NCBI GenBank assembly: GCA_043228905.1
Contig: JBHGNT010000012.1
Span: 12,028,001-12,092,000 of the forward strand
DNA from: Azolla caroliniana
Taxonomy: Eukaryota; Plantae; Polypodiophyta
Length of the DNA: 64,000 nt
Direction: 5' to 3'
Positions 48,049-60,977 of the stretch are shown here, piece by piece (position 1 is the first letter of the stretch; every line of letters begins with the position of its first letter). The translations under genes were made by a program, and so were the position numbers. Under the pieces are notes generated by a model. That model saw only the letters and a program-made list of their open reading frames with translations. It had not been told where the DNA came from and searched no databases.

Positions 48049-48762
48049 TGTTAGGAAACAGGTCCCTCCGGATGGAAAGTGAGAAGAACAGTAATGATGA
48101 GCAAACTCGGTGAGAACCGGATGAGGAGTACCCGGCTACGGAAGACCCGATGAGAACCGGATGAAGAGTACCCGGCTACAGAAGAGCCGGTGAGAACCGG
48201 ATGAAGAGTACCCAGCTATGGAAGACCCGGTGAGAACCGGATGACGAGTGCCCGGCAAGATCCGGATGATGCAGGCCCGGTGAGGAGCACTCACCGGATG
48301 AAGGGACATATTCGCAAATATGTCTTCTGAGAGTCCATTGGGGCTATATTTGTAAATAGCCGAAAAGTCATATTAGTATAAATATGACTTAGGGGAAACT
48401 TATTGTGTTGTTGTTGTCATTTCTTGTTGGTGCAAGACTTGAGAGCGCGTAACAGTGTACAGAGAGAGAGAGAGAGAGAGAGAGAGGAAGAGGTCGCTGC
48501 CTCTATTGTAACCGCCGCCTGTGGCGAAGATCGTGAGCATGAGGTCGTTGCCTCCGTGAGGTCACTGTTGTAATCATTGTGATATAGTGATAGTTTGGAG
48601 TCTGTGGACTCCCGTGGTTTTTCCCTCTCAGGGTTTTCCACGTTAAACATCCCGTGTACTCTTCTCTCCTTTTGTGTCGTGTTTTTTCATTATCCGCTTT
48701 CTGTGTTCGATTTGAGACTCGATTGCGGCCGAGTGTTGTGAAGGGAGCGTGCATTCCTGTCA
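48049..48762 (+). mobile_element. Solo LTR (714 bp) related to the Copia LTR at 13207-13754, TSD GACAG; contains about four 39-bp tandem repeats (48110-48260)
   Basis: TGTTAGGAAACAGGTCCCTCCGGATGG nearly matches the reverse complement of 13728-13754; TSD at 48044-48048 and 48763-48767; removal restores KKLDLS|SLGERHFEIPP. Confidence 0.93.
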
Positions 48763-51700
48763 GACAGGTCCAACTTTTTCCGGATGGATGAGTTGGTGAC
48801 CGTGTCGATGTTGAGCTTTCTGGCAATGTCCAATGCCTCTGGGTGTGGAGGTGCCTCTGCGACCCTGATGTACCCATCCAAGCATTTCTCCATGAGCCAT
48901 CGACGCAAGGCGGTAGAGATAAATATCGACATAGTCAGAGTAGGCTCTTGGGGGGAAGATTGTTGTTTGCGGTGGGCTTGAGTTTTGTGACAGGATGGAG
49001 GAGAAGGTGAGGGAGGGGAGCGATGAGAGCGCTGAGAGTTAGGAGGTGTATTTCTGTATTGTGCAGAAGACCATCTATTTCCGTCTTTTTGTGGCCTAGG
49101 GTTCATCGGGCGATGAGCCATCATGGTGCCGTGTGTTCTTGGTCTAGAAGTCTGTGCATGCATTCAGTCCTTTTTTAATAGCGTGGTTATCTTTTCTTTT
49201 CTTTTCGTAACGGTTACATACAAGCCTATTTTTACACTATGATACAAGTAGGGGCTGTCTACTTACTCTGCGGATTCTCCGACTTTGTCTTTTCCGGCGG
49301 GGAATGGGTTAGGTGGCGTAGGTCCCAGATAAAGTTTAAGGCGAAACCCATTCACCTTCTGTTGTAATACTTCCCCGGCCAGCGTGCCCAGTTGGAATGT
49401 GCCTTGTTCCGCTCCTATTATCCAGTACGGGCTGTCCAATGGAATCGTAATTTTCCTAGCATATGGCCCATGAGGGTTTGGAAAACCAGTACCGCTCTAC
49501 CGACCCCGAAATCCTTTTCTTGTACGTTCCAATGTCGATCCACAAATGCTTTATGCCGTCGTTGTTCCTGCTCCAACACAACCATGCTTTGTACACGTGT
49601 TTCACCGAGTTCGAGTAGCTGGTGGAGCCGTACTTCCTCCGACTTGGCTTTCGATAGTTGGTCCCGTACCTGAATCCGTAAATTGGGTATCTGGAACTCT
49701 ACCGGCATAACGACCTCCAACCCAAATGCTAGTCGAAACGGTGTTGACTGTATGCTTGTTTTGTAGCTGGTTCTGTACGCCCATAACACACTATGTAATT
49801 TGGTATCCCAGTCCGTTCTATTTTCATTGATGATTTTCTTTAATATGGTCTGCAATGTCTTGTTGGTGGATTCCGCCAACCCATTCGCCTATGGATAATA
49901 TGGCGTACTTTTCTTGTCAACTACGACGTAATGATGTGTTAGTTCACGAACCACCGTATTGAGAAAGTGGCTCCCCTGATCACTGATAAGCTCAATTGGA
50001 CAACCGAACCGACACTAGATGTGTTCGTAAAGGAATCTCGCCGTGATGGCCGCCGTATTCTCTCGTAGTTCCTTTGCTTCTACCCACTTGGTGCAATAAT
50101 CCGTGGCCACCAATATGTATTTATTGCCCGTCCGGGCCGCCGTCGGTGTGAAGGGGCCCACAAAGTCCAATCCCCACTTTTGGAAGGGATCTAACGGTAA
50201 TACGGGCTGGTGTGGAATTCTTGTGCCCTTCGTGGGCTGGCCCATCCGTTGATACAAATTGCACTTTCTACAATACTCGTATGCGTCCTTCTGTGTAGTC
50301 GGCCACCATAGGCCTGCTTGCCATATTTTCTGGGCCGTAACATCACTCGTGTAGTGTCCACCTGCCGTGCCACAGTGAGCCTCCCGTAAGACCGCTTCAT
50401 TCTCATCCTGACGTACACCGTGTCGCCAAATGCCATCACTACCTTTGTGATATAAGATTCCTTCTACCAGGTAGAAGTTACAGCTCTAGACGGCTAATCG
50501 TTTCTTCTCGTCCATGCGTAATTGTGGTGGAGGCAGTCCCATAGTAAAAAAGTATGTCATTTCCATGAGCCACCGGTTCGGAAAGGTCGTTTCCGTTCTT
50601 CCTGCTAGTGGTACTACCCGCCAAAATGTCTGCGTCCGGAAAGTCGTCATCCTTCTGGGCCGTTTCTACATTATCGAGTCTGCTCAAAAAATCTGCCACT
50701 ACATGTTGCGTACTTGGAAAGTGCTGAATTACAAAATCGAATTCTTGAAGCAACAACATCCATCGCGCAAATTTCCCCGTCAGTGCTTGTTTCTCCACCA
50801 AATATAGCATTGTCGAATGATCTACGTGGAACGTGAATTTCCTCCCTAACAGATAATGCCGGATTTTATTGATGCTATAGATCATCCCCAACACCTCACG
50901 CTCCATTGTGGAATAGTTACATTGCACTGTTGATAATTTGCGACTCGCGTAGTACACTGGCTGGTACCAATTCGGTTCTATGAGCTACATTAGCGCACTT
51001 CTTATTGCTATGTCTGAGGCATCTACGAACATGTGGAATGGCTTTGCCCAAACTGGTGGCTGTACGACGAGTGCCTATGTGAGCATTATCTTTAGCGCAT
51101 CATAGGCCTTGTCTTCCGTTGCAGTCCATTGGAAGGGAGTCTGATGCACGACGGCATGTAACGGGGTGGCGAAGTCCGCCAAGTATCGTATCATTCGACT
51201 ATGCCATCATATTTGTCCTAAAAACCTGCTGAGTGATTTCACGTTTGTCGGAGTTTTGGCTTGAGTAATCGTGGAGATTTTGTTCGGATCGACCACTATC
51301 CCTTCCTTGCTGACTATATGGCCTAGGAGAGCCTCGCTGGTAACGCCGAAGGCACATTTCGCGGGATTCAGGCTTAAGCGCGCGGTGCGGCAACGTTCTA
51401 GGCACAATTGCAGATGCGTAAAATGGTCGGTTGTTTTTCCATATACCGCAAAATCGTCTAAAAAAACTTGCATGAATGCTGGAATATATTCCCCAAAGAT
51501 CTCCATGATTGTTCGTTGAAATGTCGCTGGCGCCGTCTTTAGCCCGAACATCATGACGACTGCCACATAGACTCCCAGTCCGTGACAAATGTTGTCTTCT
51601 CTTGGTCATCGGGATGCATGCGTACCTGGTTGTATCCACTAAAGCCATCTAAAAAACTGTACATGTCATGCCCTGCGACGGCGTCCAATACGCTATCGGT

Positions 51701-54700
51701 GAATGGTAAAGGGAATGCGTCCGTAATGGTTACGACGTTTAATTTTCGGTAATCCACGGATACTCATATTTTATCGTTTTTCTTTGGAACGACTACTATC
51801 GTACTTAACCATGTGGCTTGTTTAACTGGCCATTTGAATCCTGCCTTTAGGAGTTTGTCAATTTCTTCTTTTATGCGGTGGTCGCGTAGTTCGGGTTCAT
51901 GCGGTAGCGACGCTGCTGGACCGGTTTTGCGTTGGTTGCTAAATTAATCTTATGTTGATAGAACTTCGGATCTAACCCCTTCACGTCCTCGTGAGCCAAG
52001 GCGAACACATCTTTATATATCTTGAGTAGTTCGATCATCGCGTCTCTCTGGTCTGGCCTTAATTCTTTTGCGATGGAGAGGAAATGGGGTTTTGACGCGG
52101 TACCCACGTTTACTTCTTCCAGGGCTGAGGCGGTAACTCGTTGTGAAATTTCCATTTCCCTCTCGAACGCTGCCCACGCTGTGCTTAATTCTAATATTGA
52201 CTCTGGGTTTGGTTCGTAAGCCTCGTCGTGGAGAGTAGTGGCCGTGGCATATTTTGCTGTGGTTGTGATGACGTCGATTTCGAACAGCGCAATAATCCGA
52301 GGGTGCTCGTCTAGGTATGCCTCTAATTCTGTATCATCCACCCTAGCCAACATATTTATATCTTCCATGTATAATGGTGTTATACCCTTGGATTGTGTTG
52401 CCCTTTCCTTCGTTGGTACGCGAACCTTGGTGCGTTTGTGTCGAAAACTGATACACTTGTGTTGCCAACTCTGCTTGATATTCGTTGCACGAAGCCATGG
52501 TCTGCCCAGCAGCACAAGGTACGCCCCTGGAGCGTCTAGGGCGAGGACTACTGCTGAGATGTCGAAGCGATGTCCTCCCAAGATAATTAATGCCTACCTT
52601 GCGTATCAACCCCAATGGTCGTACTGAGCGGGTATCTGCCATACGGAGCCAGAACAGGCAAGCCTCCTATTCTGAAATTCCTAACTGCTCGCATGTTTTC
52701 GTGCTAATTACATTAACGCCCGAGCCGCCATTGATTACGCATCCTGGGATTTCCTGACCGTGTAATATCAACGTAATGGCCGGGTTGTGGTGATCCACTA
52801 CAGACGGTCTGTCGCTAATGTCCATGAAATTCGTAGCGACGCTCACCCCAGGTATGCCCGTCACCCGCTCTTCCACGGTCTGGTGGAAGCATGGGACTAG
52901 TTGCAATAGCTTCTCCATGGTTAACTTTATCTCACAGCCTGCTAGTGCTTGCCAAATGGGGTCCGGGGCTGGTCCTTTGTCCTCCACTAGCTCCATCGTT
53001 TTTGCGGATTCATTCCGCATGCGTTCCGTATTTGTCGCGTTTGCTTTTTTAACCCATGCCTGGGCTGTTCGCCGTATCTCATCTTGTGCGGCCCAATCCG
53101 CTGTTTTTGTTTGCTGACGTGTCAGGACTTGCTGCACTTATGCCGTAATCGTATTGACGGCGGGCCCCTTGCCCTTGCGAACTGGGCATTGTGTGGCATA
53201 ATGTTCGGGTTGCTGACAAACAAAACAATGGATGCTAGATTCGCCCTTCTCGGCCCCTTGTGGTGTGTGCCAATCCCTCGGTGCGACTTGCTCCTCACGG
53301 TCCGGCTTCATTTGTTGGAGCGTACGCGGTGGTTGCTGTTGGTGCCAGTCATCGTCCGAGCTTTCGTTATATCGCCGACGGTCCTGATATTGCCGCTGCT
53401 TTCCCTGAGGTTCGTCGAAGCCGCCACGTTTGTTTGTCGGGTGGTAATTCTCATAGTGTCGACCCCCTTTAGTATACCTGGGGGGACCATGATAGTCCTC
53501 ATCCTCTAGCTCGTCTTCCTCGGAATCGTGCTGATTCCAGCGATTCCAATAGTGCCGGTCATCGTGTGGGTTGCGATCCATATACCGTGGTCGGTCTTCC
53601 TACCTCCTTTGTTCATTACGGCGTGGGGGACGCTGTGTGTCCATGCTGCATACTGTGGGCGTGGCTCTGTTCAACATATTGTATTCGCACTGCTCAACTG
53701 TGTGAGCTTCCGAGTGACAGATTGGACAGTGGATTCGCATGTTACACTCCACTGCGGAATGCCCAGAATTCAAGCAAATCGTGCACTGGATTGCTTGACG
53801 AAAATGTCGCTCCTCGTCCTGAGGTAACGCTTGTCGTAATGAGGACATGGAAAACCTTTCTTCTTCGTCGTCCAGCTCGAGCGGTAGCGCTCGTTCGATG
53901 ACCATATCGACCGTTTCCCCTTTCACGCTATTGTTGTTGAGCGTTGCCCGTATGAGTCGGCGTAATGCCGCCAGAAATGTCTCTTGACCCTCTTCCTCCG
54001 CCGTGCCCCGTTCTGCAGATCCATTTGCGAATGCCAAAATGCCGCTCGCCCATCCAATGTTAACCCAAACTCTGTCATTTTGGACTGGTGCGCTATTGCC
54101 TCCAAAAGGTTCTTTGGCATGTGGTTTGCATTCCAGACATTGAGGAACAGGCGAATGTGGGTTGCGGGGTCGGTTTCGCCGTTAAAGCGGGGATAGGCAA
54201 AGGCTAGGCTAGGGGCTATGGCGGCCAGGGAAAGACCACAGTGGTATTGTAGTGAGCGCGCTTCCAGCGTAATGCCGAGGTATGTGGAGAGCGGAAAATC
54301 ACCTTTGTGGTCCTGACAGGTCATGCTTAGGTCACTGAGGCGAGGCTTTTGCCGTGCGTGTTCCTCTACCTGGCATGTGATGGACCTTGTCATTGGCTGG
54401 TCGGGTCGTGTTGGGTCTCTGGGGCGTCTGCAGCCAAACATCCATTCGTCGTTGTTTGTCTGTGAGAAGACACAGATCACCAAGCGTGCCAAAAGTGTTA
54501 CCGATTAGGAACATGGTCTATGGTCAGTCCTTCAACCTAGACCTCCAAGTGATTGTGTAACAACGAATGGTAGCGTCTGTGCGTAATTCTTAGTGGGATA
54601 CTTCCCGTAACCTAGCAGCATATAAGGGAGACGGCTACAACCGAGCTCCTTAGACAGTGGGCTAGCGCACACACCATTACTTACTCCTACGCTCTTAAGA

Positions 54701-55421
54701 ATTACAGACACACATTAGATTAACCGCAGCTACACACAGATATCAGAGAAGAGAGAACTCTATTATGATACGTCTTTTCATTCAAAATTACACGCTCCCT
54801 CTATTAGAGGTTTTCTGTCCTTTATATACGCAGGGTCTTTTTGCCGTTCACGCTTCCCGCATGAACCGTTACATGCGTTACAATATTATACTATTCCGTA
54901 TTCCTGTGCTCTTGTCCGTCGGTTACTATTCCGGCGGACAACATTCACCATGATTAGGGTTTGTCTCTTTGTCGGCAGCAGAGGATCTCAACCCTCGCGC
55001 TTTGATACCATGTAAAAGAATACGTGTGGAATCTTAACAAACACAACCGGGTAATAACAGACAAATTACAAGAGACAAGGAAGGTTTAATGGAAAGCTTA
55101 ATCAACACAGCGTACACAGGAGAGACACAGAGAACAGAACACAGAAAACTCTATTCCAAAACAATACTCTAAAACTCTGTACATAGGATGTGCTCAGAGA
55201 GCACTTCTATACAAGTCCATACGGACTGACAAAAGTACTGACTCGTACTTCAATGATCATCAATGAGCCTCTACACTAACTCCCAAAATATATTCCTCCG
55301 TAGAATATGTATCCAATGGCATCCCGGTTTACGCACCGCTACTACCTCTCGTTGCGCACCCAGTTTACGCACCCAATCTATGCACTAGTTTACGCACCAA
55401 TGTTGAGCTTGTATCTCAATA

Positions 55422-55649
55422 GCCAGTTTTGATGACCCTCGCTGCTCCAGCCTTTCTAGAGTCGAGAACCACTCCATGTGATTCTTCATGTGGTTTGATG
55501 CGCCTGAATCCACATACCACACCTCGTTCGACTTTGAGGTGTTCACCGCCAATGAGTTGGATTTGTGCTTCATCACGAAGGTTGGGCTTGATCCGTTTCT
55601 GGCTCCTCGTGAGCCCTGGCGTAGTGCGATCTTTGACGCCTATTTGCAT
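55422..55649 (-). pseudogene. Fragment of an older Copia gag-protease region between two later insertions
   Basis: VWYVDSGASNHMKNHMEWF on the minus strand. Confidence 0.85.
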
Positions 55650-58600
55650 TGTTACCGGCTGGCAAGAAGGCTTAAGGAGGTCCAAATCAGAGTGTGAAAA
55701 GGAATAGTTTATTCGGGAACTGTTGTAATTAGTAATCTTAATATAGATATTAATATATGAGAAGATGTAGACGGACGGACCGGAATCGGTATGCCAATCT
55801 GGATCCGGACCGATCCCATAAAGGTGCCGGTTGGCACCGTTTTGTATTTCGCACCGGAGACCTATATAAAGGCCCGGTTATAATGTAATTAGAAGCGGAT
55901 AATTAATAGAGCTTATTGTCTTAATCTTCTAGTTTGATTACCGTTCTGTATTCATTGTTATATCTTACGCGTGTTAATTACGAATCACTAAGTAACCAAT
56001 TAAGGTCTAATTAAGCGTTGTGTCGTAAGTCATTCTGCTGTACCACCCCTTTGGTGAAGTGTCTTAAGTGGACACCCTGTGTTAGGCTGTTGTCCGGCCC
56101 TAGGATTAACACAGTTTTTGGCGACCACGATTCCTGCACAATCGCAGTGAACAACGACAGGAATGGATGACTAGGCCAACAGACGACCCGGTTACGGAGA
56201 GAGCACGAAGACTTGCTGAACGGAGAAGGCGGCGAGAGGCTTTCCAACAAGCAGCGGAAGAAATCCGAATGGATCGATCATTTTCAAAGTGATCCGGAAA
56301 GTGGCGGAGGAGTCGCTCCGTCTACAACAAAACGCCTTCCCGGACGAAGGAAGCAGCTTAAGCAGCCTCCGGGAAGCGGAAACCCTTCTCTAGGCCTTGG
56401 CCGGAAGAGACGGCAAATCCGAAGAATTTTCAGCGCTGGAATTGGATTCAGAAGGGGGTTACAGCGCACACACGAATTATCACAGCAGTAACGACACCCT
56501 AGGAAGACCGGAGGACGAGGAGTCAGATACATTACCGACACCGAAACCAGAGTTGGCAGACTGGGAACCTCCGGCACTAGACGTGGAGCAACCTACGGAG
56601 ACGGAAAAAGACCAGCAAAGACCTCCGACACCGGAAGTTGAGCTGGCAACACCAAAGGAAGACCGGCAAAGACCTCTGACGCCGACGGAACAACAGGAAA
56701 TACCACGAACACCACCAGCCCAGGTACCGACACCGGACGATGACATGTCGTTCCAGTACTCCAAGTATATGGATGATCCAGACGCGGAGGCCCATGTTCA
56801 CGCGTTTCAACAAACATGGGAGGCGAACCATGTGTCACAACGGTTAACTGCGGCAGAAGAGGAACGATCTAAGATAGCCGAATTCGGCGTGACATTGGAA
56901 GGACCAGCCGCCAGATGGCACCGGACGCAGGATCGCAGCACCATCACCACCTTTGCGGACCTGAAAGACAAATTCTTGCACTTCTTCTAGAAGGAGGTGG
57001 ACCAACGAGAAATGGTGGGCTTATTTTATACCATCCAGCAGGACCCCGGGGAGAGCATCCCGCTGTTTGTCATCCGGTTTCAACAGATGCACAGTCAGCT
57101 TACCCGCGCACCTCCGGAGGAAGAAACGTGGGCTATATTTTTAGCCACGCTCCGGGAACCTCTTTGAACGGTATGCACGGTCATCGACTTTCGCACAAGC
57201 ACTGTCGACCAGGTCATCAACCGGGTTAGAGAAATGGAGAAAAAGAGCTCTTGGCTAACAATGGGAGCCCTCCAACGAGCATTACCAACCGCTGAGGATC
57301 TCCGTTTCCGGCAAGCAATCCAATGTACGACCTGCTTGAATTCTAGACACTCGTCACTGGAGTGCACCATGCGGACACACTGCTTACTCTGCCAATCTAC
57401 GAGCCACACGATGGACCCGTGTGAATATAACTTATTGAATCAGCAAGCACCACCAGTCCGGCAAATCGAGCCATGTAGCAGCCGAGACGAAGAAGATGAA
57501 CGTTGGCGGCGAGAGGAGCGATATCGACCGGCACAGGATGTCCGGTACGACAATCGGCGAGACAACTATGACCGGTACAAGAGATATGACAAGTACCGAG
57601 ATTACAATGGACGGTACGAGCATCACAACCAGGATCACTCCCCCAGTTATCACCAACGACGGGAAGATTCCGGGAGGTATGACGACCAACCCCGGCAAGG
57701 GTACCTCAACAAAAAGAACTTTAATAAAAAACGGCATTTCAAAAACGGGAGCCACCCACGTGAACCGGAAAAAGGCGCCTCAAGCAGCCAACTAGACCAG
57801 AGCCCCGCGGTTACCACAGGCCCTCCACCATGTACAGGAAACAATGCCGAATCCAGCAATACCCGGAAAGCATATTGCTATTATTGCCGGCAAGAAGGAC
57901 ATTACAGTAATCAATGTCCGGCAAAGAGCTATGATAAGCGACCGACAGTAAACATGGTAATCGCCGAAGTCACAGACCTACAGCAGGTCACCACAAGGTC
58001 GAAGGGCAAGACGACGGAATGGGAGACACAAGAGGCCATTCGGAAACAGGCAACGGAATGCGTGAAAAAGGCAAATGAGCGAAAGGTAGCAGAACTTGCG
58101 CAGCAAAAGGAGAACATTGAAGAGCTCGCCGGCGGCTGTCAGTCTGAAAACGCGACATGGCAGGTATTGTAGGAATGCCAGATCACGCTGCCGTTAGGAC
58201 GACTCTTGCAGCTAGTACCAAGATTCATAGAAGGACTCAAGTCCGGCATGACGACCGGCGGAACACCACCGGCTCCGGCATTCTTCTCAAATCCGGAGGA
58301 GGGATTGGCGGTGGTGGACACCAACAGTCCGTCAATTACTGCCATTGTGAAAGGGAAAGAACTCCCCGGCACGATAATAGACGGAGGCTCCGGCGTTAAT
58401 GTAATAAGCCTCCGGACTTGCGATGCTCTTGGAATCCAAGAGTGGGAGCCATGTCAGTTCTGGCTCCGAATGGCGGACACAAGCTCGGTGCGACCGACAG
58501 GATTAATACGGGACTTAGAAGTAACCATCGGGGGCCATACATTCCGAATATCAGCCGTAGTTCTCCAGTTGCAGGCTCAAGGAGCGTACCCATTATTGTT

Positions 58601-60977
58601 GGGATGCCCTTGGTTAAAGACGGCACACATCAAGCAGAACTGGAGGAGGAATATGATTAAGTTCCGGCGGGGAAAAGCGAAGGTATGGGTACCAACACAA
58701 CCAAGGAAGGGCACCGGCAAGGATTTGACACCGTTATATGCGGAGTGCGTCAATATGCTGGAAGGATTAGCAGACGAAGAAGAAGATCGGTACTTGCAGG
58801 AGAACCCGAAGATTGTACCCCTATTCGAAATTGACGTTGCCGAAGCGGTATCACCTTGCTTACTGCAACCGGACGGAACCGAAGCGGAACCGGATAAAGA
58901 AGCAATCCGGGAGTTACGGCAAGCGCAGGAGGCGTTGGAAAGAGAAATGGCCGTATCACAGCACGTAAAAGCGGCTCAATTAGAAGAGGTAAATCTAGGA
59001 ACGACGGAGGAGGCAAAACCGATGCACGTCGCCAAAGAAATGAATGCAGAGAACAAAACGGCAATAATCACACTCCTCAATGAGTTTAGCGACGTTTTTG
59101 CCTGGTCGTAAGAGGATATGAGAGGGCTAGATCCTCAGTTGTATCAGCACCAGATACATCTAAGCAAAGACGCCAAGCTGGTAGCACAGCGTCGGTACCG
59201 GATGAACCCAAACTACGCCGCCAAAGTTAAGGAGGAAATCGACAAATTGCTGAGGGTTGGCTTCATCCGTCCCATAAAGAAAGCTACCTGGCTCAACCCG
59301 ATCGTAGTCGTACTGAAGAAGAACGGCAAAATTAGAGTTTGTGTCGACTACCGGAAGCTCAATGCGGCAACGGTAACGGATGCATTTCCACTTCCGTTTA
59401 CGGATGGAGTTTTGGATGCCGTCGCCGGTCATGAAGTCTACAGTTTCTTAGACGGATTCAGCGGGTATAATCAGATCTGGATGCACCCTGATTATCAAGA
59501 GAAAACGGCTTTCGTCACCGAATGGGGAGTGTTTGTTGATGTGGTGATGATGTTCGAACTGAAAACGGCGTCGGCAACATTCTAACGGATCATCATGGAG
59601 ATCTTTGGCGAATACATACTGGCTTTTATGCAGGTATTCCTTCACGACTTCGCCGTCTATAGCCGAGAAGAAGATCATTTGCAGCACCTCAGACTATATC
59701 TAGAGAAGTGTAGGGCGTACCGGCTAAGCCTAAATCTGGCGAAGTGTGTATTTGGAGTGTCCAGTGGAACGCTCCTGGGGCATATTGTGAGCAAGGAAGG
59801 CATTGCCGTAGATCCGGACAAAGTGAAAGCAATCTTGGAAGCACCGGCACCGGCAACGGCAAAGGCATTGAGCCGTTTCTTAGGACCAATCTGCTGGCAT
59901 AGCCGTATGCTCCGATATTTGGCGGACCTGGCTACACCTCTACATGCGGCAGTACATCGAACACCATTCCAATGGACCGACATCGAAGACAAAGCGTACT
60001 GGGCACTAAAGGTGTTATTGTCACAAGCACCGGTAGTGCAACCTCTGGATTGGAGTAAAGAGTTTCATGTGTTCGTGGACGCCTCCGACATCGCAATCGG
60101 CAGCGCGCTCATGCAGCTTACGGAGCCAAGGTGGTACCGGCCAGTGTACTATGCCAACCGGAAGCTATCCCAAGCAGAACGAAATTATTCTACCACGGAG
60201 AGGGAAGCTTTAGGAATGATCTATAGTGTAACAAAATTCAGGCATTATTTATTGGGAAGAAAGTTCTCCTTCCATGTAGATCATTCGACACTCCTCTACC
60301 TAGTATCCAAAGCGTCACTTACCGGTAAGTTGGCCCGGTAGACTTTGCTATTGCAAGAGTTTGAATTCGAGATATTCCACCGACCCGGCATACAACATGC
60401 GGTAGCAGATTATCTAAGCTTGTTAGATTCTGGGGAGAGGTGACGGAGTAGTGGACGAGTTTCCGGATGCGGAGCTTTTTCGAGTCACCACGGAAACAGC
60501 AACAGATGAAACGGTGGCACAAGAAGATAAGTGGCTAACTAATATGCACCAGTTTTTGAGTACCGGATTACCTCCGGAGGAGAAGAACCAGGATGAAAGA
60601 AAACGCCTGGCGGTACAAAGCCGGCATTTCTGTTTATTACAGGACACGCTATACCACAAAGGTGCGGACGGTATATGGCGACGAGCGGTGCGCAGCGACG
60701 AGAAGAAGGTAATACTACGGGAAGCACACTGCGGAGTCGCCAGAGGCCATTATGCCGGAGATGCGACAACAAGGAAAGTATGGCAATGTGGCCTATGGTG
60801 GCCGACGACATTCAAAGATGCAGTCCGGTACGCGAAAGAGTGTGATCTATGCCAGCCAATGGGCCAGCCAACGGAGCAAGCTCGGATGCCACACCAACCG
60901 GTCCTACCACTAGAACCATTCCAGAAATGGGGGCTGGATTTTGTCGGGCCATTTAAACCACCGGCAATGAGAACCGT
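55650..60977 (+). mobile_element. Non-chromovirus Ty3/Gypsy element F (same family as D): 5' LTR 55650-56111, PBS, gag-pol to mid-integrase, then interrupted
   Basis: LTR TGTTACCGG...TTAACA with TATATAAA at 55863; PBS TGGCGACCACGA at 56119-56130 (tRNA-Arg-like); proteins highly similar to element D. Confidence 0.93.

Larger units (their letters stand above)
38141..54943 (-). mobile_element. Non-chromovirus Ty3/Gypsy element E (Athila/Phygy-like), 448-bp LTRs, TSD TTCAC, hosting element D and a solo LTR
   Basis: LTRs 38141-38588 and 54496-54943 (about 5% diverged by eye); TSD at 38136-38140 and 54944-54948; decayed gag-pol about 54490-49270 ([26 protein letters not shown]); extra ORF from 48932 with its tail at 39240-38636; PBS TGGCACGCTTGGTG at 54478-54491. 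Confidence 0.92.
37664..55421 (-). mobile_element. 5' part of a Ty1/Copia element split by a 16.8-kb insertion: LTR 55011-55421, PBS 54999-55010, leader to 54949, gag start 38140-37664
   Basis: PBS TGGTATCAAAGC; gag MASSFPMEKLDISNYASWWYKMHQYLLGHG is homologous to the Copia gag starting near 9211; the LTR right end resembles that of the 4554-4853 LTR. Confidence 0.82.
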
